A stretch of DNA of 17,040 nt from Calditrichaceae bacterium (GTDB lineage: Bacteria > Calditrichota > Calditrichia > Calditrichales > JBFXGD01): contig JBFXGD010000010.1 in assembly GCA_050178385.1 (NCBI GenBank), positions 10,181-27,220 of the forward strand, in the 5' to 3' direction. Position 1 is the first letter of the stretch. Every line of letters begins with the position of its first letter. The notes below the pieces were generated by a model. That model was given only the letters and a program-made list of their open reading frames with translations. It was not told the origin of the DNA and made no database searches. Below are positions 1 through 7,173 of this stretch, piece after piece. Made by a program: the position numbers and the translations under genes.

Positions 1-28
1 CTTCTTCTTTCCCATTTGATCATCTTCA

Positions 29-71
29 TTGTCTGAACTTTGATTCGCCTGATTAAATGATTACTCTGATT
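29..71. repeat. TTGTCTGAAC followed by four TGATT pentamers at 9/8/9-nt spacing (candidate arm of a dispersed repeat)
   Basis: TTGTCTGAAC at 29-38; TGATT at 41-45, 50-54, 58-62 and 67-71. No inverted partner found in the window. Confidence 0.55.
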
Positions 72-83
72 TCAATCCCTACT

Positions 84-108
84 TAGGGCACGAGCATCGC
101 GCCACTAC
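84..108 (-). repeat. GTAG-type REP-like palindrome
   Basis: Minus strand reads GTAG-T-GGCGCGA-TGC-TCGTGCC-CTA: a GTAG tetranucleotide then a 7-bp GC-rich stem (one G-T) with a 3-nt loop, the architecture of GTAG REP sequences. Only one copy noticed in the window. Confidence 0.45.
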
Positions 109-117
109 TCTTAACAA

Positions 118-145
118 TTCTTACTTCCTACCTCTTACTTTCTTC
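118..145. repeat. Degenerate heptamer tandem repeat
   Basis: TTCTTAC TTCCTAC CTCTTAC TTTCTTC; same unit family as the array at 270-311. Confidence 0.55.
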
Positions 146-233
146 CTGCTCGAACAGAAAATCCGTCCCGAAGAATCTTTTTTTCTCAATCCTGCCGTGA
201 TTGACAATGGCTTACAGCATACTGTGGCTCTTC

Positions 234-268
234 TCTTTTTTCTTTTATCATTTTTCTTTTATCTTATC
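234..268. repeat. Degenerate pyrimidine-rich heptamer array (TCTTTTW-like)
   Basis: TCTTTTT TCTTTTA TCATTTT TCTTTTA TCTTATC; 7-nt period, next to the TTCCTAC array. Confidence 0.55.
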
Positions 269-269
269 T

Positions 270-311
270 TTCCTACTTCCTACTTCCTACTTCCTACTTC
301 CTACTTCTAAC
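270..311. repeat. Heptamer tandem repeat (TTCCTAC)5 plus one degenerate unit
   Basis: Five perfect TTCCTAC copies at 270-304, then TTCTAAC at 305-311, which contains the MATE stop codon (307-309). Confidence 0.95.
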
Positions 312-1686
312 TTCTCAATATTTTCTTCAGCCAGAAATACGCCGCGATACCTGTGATGATATTTGCAGCCGTGGCCGCGGAAAATATCCCCTTTAAACCA
401 AGTAAAGAAGATCCGAGGTATGCCAGGGGAACATATAAAATAAACATTCTGGTAATGGTCAGGAGTGATGCGTTAAGCGGTTTTTTTAATACATTTAAAG
501 CCCCGTTGGAAATGGACAATATGCCCAGCGCTCCGTAGCCGATCGGTACAATCCATAAATACAGCACAATGATTTCAATGACTTTCGGATCATCGTTAAA
601 GATGGATGCGACCGGCGCGGAGACAAATAACAGAACCAGAAAAACAAACACGCCCCAGCCAAGAGCAAAGCGCTGACCATACATGACACCTGCGCGGACT
701 CTTCCGGGATTGTCTGCGCCGAGATTCTGGCCGATAAAGGGAGCGAGTACACTGGATAAAGCCATGATTACAGTCATCGCGAACATATCAATTCTCGATG
801 CGACACCGAACGCGGCGACCGCTTCATGTCCGTAAGTTGACACAAGCCGGGTGATGATTCCCGCGCCGACGGGTAATATTATATTCGTTCCGGCCGTCGG
901 CAGGCCGATATAGAGCATATTTTTCCATGAATCCAGAACTTCACGCGCTTCCGGGATTTTAATGGTGATCATTTTTTCACGGGCATATAAAATCCAGATC
1001 GCGAAAAAGAATGTAATTCCCCGGGAGATAACCGTTGCCAGAGCAGCGCCGGCAAGTTCCATGCGGGGAAAGGGTCCCCAGCCGTATATCAATAAAGGAT
1101 CAAGTATGGCATTTATCAGAACGGCCACAAGCATGATCATACTCGGTGTTTTTGTGTCTCCGGTGGCCCTGATGGCAAAATTGCCGACCATTGGTACCAC
1201 CATAAAAATAATGCCCGGATACCATATATACATATATGATTCAATGTACGGCATCACCTGATCGGTAGCGCCCATTAATTTGAATACGGGCTCCACCGTC
1301 AGAAATCCGGCGATAATAAAAACGGCGACAATGATTATCGAAAGCGCCAGGCTGTCGGTGGTTAAACGCCGCACCCTGTATTGATCACCCTCACCGATGG
1401 CTCTGGAAATAATCGCCGAGGCGCCGACACCCAAGCCCATGGATAAACCGGAGATCACAAAAACCACCGGAAAGGTAAAACTCATGGCGGCAAGAGGCGT
1501 GGTGCCAAGCTGTCCGACAAAAAATGTATCAATTAAGTTAAAGGCCACGCTCGCTAAAATGCCAAAGAACATCGGAATGGTTAGACGGACGAGTGTTTTT
1601 CCGACGGGTCCTTCCGTAAGCTGTGCCTGTTTCTTATTATCCAAATCAGGTTCCTGGTCCAATTTAAAGTAAATATTTTGATCCAT
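307..1686 (-). CDS. MATE family multidrug efflux transporter
   Basis: 459 aa with about 12 hydrophobic segments in two repeats; MATE-typical motifs LTEGPV..L..L.IP, IDTFFVGQLG, RATGDTKTP, NAILDPLLIYG, GAALATVIS. True start may be TTG at 1644 (CAGGAA upstream); the ATG at 1686 lacks an SD. Confidence 0.93.
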   Translation of the reverse strand: MDQNIYFKLDQEPDLDNKKQAQLTEGPVGKTLVRLTIPMFFGILASVAFNLIDTFFVGQLGTTPLAAMSFTFPVVFVISGLSMGLGVGASAIISRAIGEGDQYRVRRLTTDSLALSIIIVAVFIIAGFLTVEPVFKLMGATDQVMPYIESYMYIWYPGIIFMVVPMVGNFAIRATGDTKTPSMIMLVAVLINAILDPLLIYGWGPFPRMELAGAALATVISRGITFFFAIWILYAREKMITIKIPEAREVLDSWKNMLYIGLPTAGTNIILPVGAGIITRLVSTYGHEAVAAFGVASRIDMFAMTVIMALSSVLAPFIGQNLGADNPGRVRAGVMYGQRFALGWGVFVFLVLLFVSAPVASIFNDDPKVIEIIVLYLWIVPIGYGALGILSISNGALNVLKKPLNASLLTITRMFILYVPLAYLGSSLLGLKGIFSAATAANIITGIAAYFWLKKILRS

Positions 1687-1943
1687 TTGAAAGGGGAATG
1701 ATACAGAATCCGCCTAAATATTCCTAAAATTTTTATGTATCACAGGAAAGAAATAAAGCCTGAATTTCGATTCACGTGATTAGATGATAACCATGATGCA
1801 GAATCACGATCATTGAATCAGTTGTTCAATTAAACAAACAATATTCAGAAATCTATATTAATGTAAAGTTATGGGCCATGATTTCGGACCATTCTATTAG
1901 CGCACGTTACGATCAGTCCCGGGCGTGAATGGTGTTTTCCGGA

Positions 1944-3200
1944 TTATTTTTCATTATAATAATGTACATCTTCTTTCCAGCGCTTTATTAAATACCCCTT
2001 CTGCTGTTCAAAGATTTCGGCCTGCTTTTCGACAAGCGCTTCAGCCTCGTCGGTGGTCATATCAATCGACCTGTTAACAAAGGAAGCGATTCTGGCAAAA
2101 TACAGCGGGGTCATGAGGCTTATCATCAGATCGCGGCTGCCTTTCCAGTGGTGGTAAGCGGCTGCCAGATCATACAATATTTTTACCCAGTTCTCCACCG
2201 GGAAGAAAAATTCCTTTTCCTCCTTATGAGAAAGGGTTTGAATTACTTCCCAGTTATCCGGGGCGACGATCTTTTTCCATAACTCTCCGAAATTGCTGTA
2301 TCCGATTTTAAAATCATCCACCAGTTTGCCGACGTTAATGGTAAATGGCTTTGGCTCCACCTGAATAGACGGTCCGACAACGGGGGTCGGGGAGCTTCCT
2401 TTTAACTTCATCCACGTCTTTTCGTGTTGTTCCATCATTGACAACAGGGTGGAAACAACCTGGCGGAACATGGGGCCGAGGGATTCCGATGGATCTTTTA
2501 CATCATGAATTTTAACGCCCAGATTGGCCTGAACGATATTTGCCTTATTTACCATCGCCGTGGTGGTCAGCCAGATATCGATGCCAAAGCGGGCCACATC
2601 CGATTCCCAGACTTCCTGCTCGATATAATGTTTTATAAGTCCCCGGCTGAAGGCGAAATCACCGCCGATCGGCTGTCTTACCCGATACCCGTAAAGCGAA
2701 CGAGTTAGATTATACACGATGTTATTGGTGATGGTGCCGTCGTATTTATACCTCTTATAATACGGAGCGACAAAATCCACTCCGTCATTCAGGATAGAAT
2801 CAATCATACATTTAATCCAGTCCGGGGTGATGGATCTCAGATCTGAATCAAAAAGGGCGCAGACCTTACAGTCGAGTAAATTTGCCGCTTCAAAAATGGC
2901 TCTCACCGCCGTGCCTTTTCCCGAAACACCCCGGTAAATGGCGATAATCCGTTCGATCCATGGGCTGCTCTCGATCATGTCGCCTTCTTCACGGGAATCA
3001 TCAACCGATCCGCCGTCGGCGATCATCACCACACAGCGATGATTAGGATAATGTAGTTCAAGCCCTTTTTCTACCGTGGTGATGACATGAGTGATGGTGG
3101 AATCATTATTAAAGCAGGGTATTCCGATTAAAATATCGGCCTGGCCGCATCGTTCCAAACGTCTGCGGGTGGGTTGTCTAAGCGCGGTGCTAAACTTCAT
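1944..3200 (-). CDS. GT-A fold glycosyltransferase, glucosylglycerate synthase (Ggs)-like
   Basis: 418 aa; ILIGIPCFNN, ADGGSVD, GKG.A, DxD motif (FDSDLRS), and YKYDGTITNNIVY..RQPIGGDF..FGIDIWLT, recognised as the Ggs/compatible-solute synthase-like family. Strong SD AGGAGGAG at 3207-3214. Substrate is inferred. Confidence 0.75.
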   Translation of the reverse strand: MKFSTALRQPTRRRLERCGQADILIGIPCFNNDSTITHVITTVEKGLELHYPNHRCVVMIADGGSVDDSREEGDMIESSPWIERIIAIYRGVSGKGTAVRAIFEAANLLDCKVCALFDSDLRSITPDWIKCMIDSILNDGVDFVAPYYKRYKYDGTITNNIVYNLTRSLYGYRVRQPIGGDFAFSRGLIKHYIEQEVWESDVARFGIDIWLTTTAMVNKANIVQANLGVKIHDVKDPSESLGPMFRQVVSTLLSMMEQHEKTWMKLKGSSPTPVVGPSIQVEPKPFTINVGKLVDDFKIGYSNFGELWKKIVAPDNWEVIQTLSHKEEKEFFFPVENWVKILYDLAAAYHHWKGSRDLMISLMTPLYFARIASFVNRSIDMTTDEAEALVEKQAEIFEQQKGYLIKRWKEDVHYYNEK

Positions 3201-3206
3201 GAATGT

Positions 3207-3252
3207 CTCCTCCTGTTTTGAACAAACTTAACAAATTTCAAAACGTACAGGA
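3207..3252 (-). promoter_or_regulatory. 5'-UTR hairpin overlapping the Shine-Dalgarno of the glycosyltransferase
   Basis: mRNA reads UCCU-GUAC-GUUUUGAA-(14 nt)-UUCAAAAC-AGGA-GGAG-ACAUUC-AUG: 8-bp perfect stem plus a 4-bp extension pairing the first half of the SD. Confidence 0.45.
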
Positions 3253-3387
3253 TCAGTCACGGGAAATTCTGTTTAAAAACAAACAATTTTCATTGTCAGT
3301 ATCTGCGCTGTAATCAGATTAAGAACAATCATCATAAATAATTTAAATTGGGCCAAAAAGCAAATCATGGTTCATAAAAGAACAGTA

Positions 3388-4008
3388 TTAATTCTGGCCG
3401 CTAAGCACTTGCGGCACTGTTTCAAGATTGTACGTCTTTATGTTTTTATGACCGGCATTTTTTAGTTTATCCTGCCCGGTTTCAAATTGCCGGATCAGAT
3501 AGTTCATATTTCCTTTGTAGGAGCTTGACTCCTCAGCCATGCTTGGCGGAATAGGAATTCCCGACGCAAACCTCCTGGTGAAATTAATAATCCGGCTCAG
3601 CGTCTCCTTTTGATCATCTAGAATGGCAATAATCTGATCACGCTCCGCGACCTCCTGTTCCAGACCGCTTTTCAGGTCGGTGGTTTTAGATTCTTTGCGG
3701 TCAATGGCGGTTTGCAGTTCTTCAATTTTTGTTCTCAAATCCGCGCGTTCTCCTGAAAATTGAACCTGATCATAAATAAACATCAGCATGCCCCCGGCGA
3801 TGAGCCCTAGTATAAGTGTAATAACCGGCCAGAAGATATATGAACGTTCAATAAACCAGAGTCTTCTTAAATCCTTTTTGCTGATGGCGCTGGAATCACC
3901 AGGTTCATACAGGTTGTCGAGTATATCGAGATCCAGTGACTTTTTACAAAAAGGACAAATTTTATGAGATTTTGTGACGGGTTCCGAACAATAGGGACAG
4001 TAAATCAT
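3388..4008 (-). CDS. Hypothetical zinc-ribbon, single-TM, coiled-coil protein
   Basis: CPYC-x10-CPFC at the N-terminus, TM helix IFWPVITLILGLIAGGMLMFIY, then a heptad-rich helix (LRTKIEELQTAIDRKESKTTDLKSGLEQEV). Start moved from 4026 to the ATG at 4008, which follows a GGGGG SD-like run (206 aa). Confidence 0.8.
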   Translation of the reverse strand: MIYCPYCSEPVTKSHKICPFCKKSLDLDILDNLYEPGDSSAISKKDLRRLWFIERSYIFWPVITLILGLIAGGMLMFIYDQVQFSGERADLRTKIEELQTAIDRKESKTTDLKSGLEQEVAERDQIIAILDDQKETLSRIINFTRRFASGIPIPPSMAEESSSYKGNMNYLIRQFETGQDKLKNAGHKNIKTYNLETVPQVLSGQN

Positions 4009-4156
4009 AATTACCCCCGTTATCATTGTTTATGAGATGTTCCGTTTATTCGTATTAGAGCTGATCTGAATAACTGATAGATTGAAGATAGTTTTCGATT
4101 CCGCGGCGCTGCAATTTTAAAAAATATAAAAGATCGGCCGGGAAAAGTCCATGCTT

Positions 4157-4188
4157 AAAAAAAACCGCTCATCAAAATGATGAGCGGT
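4157..4188 (-). terminator. Intrinsic terminator of the E1 gene
   Basis: Perfect 11-bp stem ACCGCTCATCA (4164-4174) / TGATGAGCGGT (4178-4188), 3-nt loop, T7 tract on the minus strand (4157-4163), 26 nt after the stop. Confidence 0.9.
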
Positions 4189-4214
4189 AATTATTAATGT
4201 GTTTATTGTTTTAT

Positions 4215-6290
4215 TTAAAATTGCGCCAATTGAAGCGCTTTGTCGTAGATTTGATTTTCGTTGATGAGTATTTCTCTCTCCAGAATCGGATTGAATCCTA
4301 CCGGAATATCTTTTGAACCCAATCGTGTTACAGGGGCATCAAGAAATTTAAACGCTTGCTCTGAAATGATGGATGCCACTTCACCGCCAAATCCGCCGGT
4401 AATATTATCCTCATGTACCACCAGCGCCCGGCCTGTTTTTCTGACGGAGTTCAGGATGGTCTCACGGTCGAGAGGCACAAGGCTCCTCAGATCGACAACT
4501 TCAACCGAAATGTTATGGTCTTTCTGCAGTCGTTCGGCGGCCTTCAGCGAAAAATGAACAGGTGTGCCGTATGTGATAATACTCAGATCATCGCCGGCTT
4601 TTCTAATCCGCGCTTTACCAAACGGAACAAAATGCTCATCGGATGTAAAATAAGATTTCGCCATTTTATGGTTATACAAAAATTTTGGCTCCAGATACAG
4701 TGTGAGGCCCCGGCTTCTGATTGAAGTCCTTAATAATCCCGCCGCGTCATCGGCAAAGGAAGGAACAACCACCCGGATTCCGGGAAGAGCTGTCAGTATC
4801 GCTTCTAAATTTTGCGAATGGTACAGCCCGCCGCCGATGTAACCGCCGGATGCGAGCCGGATTGTTACATTTGGTGAAAATTTACCGTTGGAACGCCAGT
4901 ATTCATGTGACAACTCGATTAACTGCTCCATTGCCGGCCAGAAGTAATCGGCAAACTGCGCCCCTTCTATGACAATGCGGATATCATCTCTGTATCGTGA
5001 CATTCCGTTTGCTGTTCCAACAATATAATCTTCCGCGATGGGTCCGTTAAACACTCTTTCACCACCGAATTCATCTTCCATTCCGGCGGTTAATTTAAAC
5101 GCGCCGCCCTTTTTGAATGAGGCGACATCCTGCCCCCATAAAAACGTATTGGGATTACGGCGGAATTCCTGTTTTAGAGTTTCATTGATGGCGTGTCGTA
5201 ATGTGACTTGTTCCGCGGATTCCGGGATGGCGGTTTCTTCTACGTCAATCGGATCCGGCATGATAAAATTATAAACAGATTTTGGTTCAGGATTGGGAGC
5301 GTTTTCCGCTCTTTCCGCGGCCATCTGAAATTCCAGATTATTTTTTTCTTCAAGTTCAGCAAGCTGATCTTCATTGAGAAGATTATGGGAGAGAATATAA
5401 TTTCTAAAACGCGGAACAGGATCATATCGCAGTAATTCCTTTAATTCCTCCTCAGGCCGGTAATTTGATTGTTTGTCAGAATTGCTGTGCGAATGCAGAC
5501 GAACGGTTTGCGCGTGCACGATTGCCGGGCCTGCCCCGCTCTTTACAAATTCTATCGCTTCCTGCATTCCGTGCCAGCTGTCGAAAATATCCGTTCCGTC
5601 AACACGAACAATATGCAGATTTTTTAATCCGCTGTAGTTGTCGGCTACAATCGGATTGGCGGTTTGCTCATGGACCGGAACCGAAATACCGTATCCATTG
5701 TTTTGAATGACAAAAATAACAGGTAATTTTTCTCTCGACGCCCCGTTTATCGCTTCATAAACATAGCCTTCCGATGTGGACGATTCACCCTGACTTGAAT
5801 AAGCAATGGCATCGCTGCCGTAATATTTAATCGCTCTGGCGACACCGGCCGCGTGAAGTGTGTGGTTCCCGGTTGCCGATGACACATTCTGAATGCCGAT
5901 TTCCGGTTTCGCGAAATGATTACTCATGTGGCGCCCTCCTGATGAAGGATCGTCTCTTTTTGACAACCCGTTCAGGATAATCTCTTCAGGTGTCATCCCG
6001 GCGGCCAGAACCGTCAGCATATCCCTGTAATAAGGAAACAGAAAATCCTTATTCGGCTTAAAAGACATTCCAAGGGCAAGCTGTATCCCGTCATGACCCG
6101 CGCATGCGGCGTGATAGCTCCAGCCCATATTTTTTTTCAGATATAAAGCGGCATTGTCATCCAGTGTTCTACCCAGATGCATCAGGCGATACCATTCGAT
6201 AATCATATCCTTATCGATATAATCGCCTTTATTCATGCTTAACGCTAAATCTGTTTCTTCAATCATATTATTTATAGTTAATTTTGCCAT
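4215..6290 (-). CDS. 2-oxoacid (probably branched-chain) dehydrogenase E1, fused alpha/beta subunits
   Basis: Alpha part: PYYRD, GRHMSNHF, TPP motif GESSTSEG..IQNNGYGIS, RLHSHSNSD. Beta part: WGQDV, PIAED, AQFADY, GGGLYHSQ, VVDLRSLVPLD, VVHED..TGGFGGE. Start set at the ATG at 6290 (MAKLT, SD GGAG) rather than 6332 (691 aa). Confidence 0.92.
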   Translation of the reverse strand: MAKLTINNMIEETDLALSMNKGDYIDKDMIIEWYRLMHLGRTLDDNAALYLKKNMGWSYHAACAGHDGIQLALGMSFKPNKDFLFPYYRDMLTVLAAGMTPEEIILNGLSKRDDPSSGGRHMSNHFAKPEIGIQNVSSATGNHTLHAAGVARAIKYYGSDAIAYSSQGESSTSEGYVYEAINGASREKLPVIFVIQNNGYGISVPVHEQTANPIVADNYSGLKNLHIVRVDGTDIFDSWHGMQEAIEFVKSGAGPAIVHAQTVRLHSHSNSDKQSNYRPEEELKELLRYDPVPRFRNYILSHNLLNEDQLAELEEKNNLEFQMAAERAENAPNPEPKSVYNFIMPDPIDVEETAIPESAEQVTLRHAINETLKQEFRRNPNTFLWGQDVASFKKGGAFKLTAGMEDEFGGERVFNGPIAEDYIVGTANGMSRYRDDIRIVIEGAQFADYFWPAMEQLIELSHEYWRSNGKFSPNVTIRLASGGYIGGGLYHSQNLEAILTALPGIRVVVPSFADDAAGLLRTSIRSRGLTLYLEPKFLYNHKMAKSYFTSDEHFVPFGKARIRKAGDDLSIITYGTPVHFSLKAAERLQKDHNISVEVVDLRSLVPLDRETILNSVRKTGRALVVHEDNITGGFGGEVASIISEQAFKFLDAPVTRLGSKDIPVGFNPILEREILINENQIYDKALQLAQF

Positions 6291-6503
6291 TATATTCTCC
6301 TGATTAACCCCAAAAACATCACTCTGTAGCATATTATAAATGATAAGGACCTTTAATTTATTCCCGTCTCTACTAAGGTCACTAATTTAAATCTCACTTT
6401 TTATTATGAAATTGAGAAATATATTTTATTCATTATAGTTTTATATGCACAAGAACGCCGAAAGATACTTTTTTACGGCGCTGAAATAAAAAAAGGAGCA
6501 AAA

Positions 6504-7028
6504 ATGAAGCTGTTATTTTCATTTGCACTATTATTTATGTTTAATTCAATGTTGTTCGGAGGAGAAATGCTAAAAGTTGGTGATACCGCGCCGGATTTCG
6601 AACTATCTGATTCAAAAGGCACAGTACATAAACTGGCTGATTACAAAGATGGAATCACCGTGATTTATTTTTACCCTAAAGACGATTCGCCCGGATGTAC
6701 AAAAGAGGCATGTAATCTCCGTGACAATTATGAAGCGTTATTAAGTGAAGGCATTTCCATTCTGGGAATCAGTTATGATGACTCCGCTTCGCATAAAAAT
6801 TTTACCGAAAAATATAATCTTCCATTCCCGCTGCTTTCAGATAATACGCGAAAGGTCGCCGATTCGTATGGGGCGGACAGAGGGTTGTTGAATATGATGG
6901 GTCCAAAACGGATCACCTATATGGTCGGCCCGAACGGTAAAATACTGCATGTTTTTGACAAGGTGGATTCCGGAAATCATGCCGCTCAGATTTTGGAAAT
7001 TGTATCTGCCACGAAAAAAAATAAATAG
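6504..7028 (+). CDS. bcp: Peroxiredoxin, BCP/PrxQ subfamily, with a signal-peptide-like N-terminus
   Basis: VGDTAPDFEL, YFYPKDDSPGCTKEAC (peroxidatic Cys with CxxxxC resolving Cys), ILGISYD, LPFPLLSD, RITY; SD AAGGAG at 6493-6498. Confidence 0.9.
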   Translation: MKLLFSFALLFMFNSMLFGGEMLKVGDTAPDFELSDSKGTVHKLADYKDGITVIYFYPKDDSPGCTKEACNLRDNYEALLSEGISILGISYDDSASHKNFTEKYNLPFPLLSDNTRKVADSYGADRGLLNMMGPKRITYMVGPNGKILHVFDKVDSGNHAAQILEIVSATKKNK

Positions 7029-7100
7029 TCTGATCTGATCGGGAAAGAACAATCCTGAAGTTGCGGCGAAACATTAAATCAATATCAAATAACTTTTAGG

Positions 7101-7128
7101 TTGAATATCAGCCGCCTCTTCCTAAATT
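7101..7128 (+). promoter_or_regulatory. Putative sigma70-type promoter for the SDR gene
   Basis: TTGAAT (7101-7106), 16-nt spacer, TAAATT (7123-7128); consensus match only. Confidence 0.3.
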
Positions 7129-7173
7129 CAGGATACAATGTCCGTATCATAATTACCGGAGATAAGGAGTCTC

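Noticed and set aside
1..29. Possible start of a minus-strand gene running off the left edge (ATG at 29, MKMIKWERR, or ATG at 15, MGKKK)
   Set aside because: Too short to evaluate, no clear SD, and the upstream sequence is the TGATT repeat.
270..311. Tandem repeats as a CRISPR array
   Set aside because: Units are 7 nt and contiguous, with no spacers and no cas genes.
353..1672. Short overlapping ORFs within the MATE gene (353-538, 495-752, 962-1261, 1397-1672)
   Set aside because: Antisense or off-frame shadows of a well-supported gene, with no recognisable motifs.
1888..1933. ACCATTC/GAATGGT inverted repeat after the glycosyltransferase stop, as a terminator or riboswitch for MATE
   Set aside because: Only 7 bp enclosing 32 nt, no U-tract, and no aptamer consensus that I recognise.
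4261..5710. Cluster of short ORFs overlapping the E1 gene
   Set aside because: Shadow ORFs (mostly antisense) with no family features.
6291..6332. N-terminal extension of E1 in the ORF track (also the TTG extensions at 10252 and 12758)
   Set aside because: Downstream ATGs at 6290, 10300 and 12788 have good SD sequences and begin where the family domains begin.
6679..6714. Selenocysteine or stop-codon recoding in the peroxiredoxin active site
   Set aside because: Both cysteines are TGT codons and the frame is uninterrupted. Ser in place of Thr in PxxxT/SxxC is a known variant.
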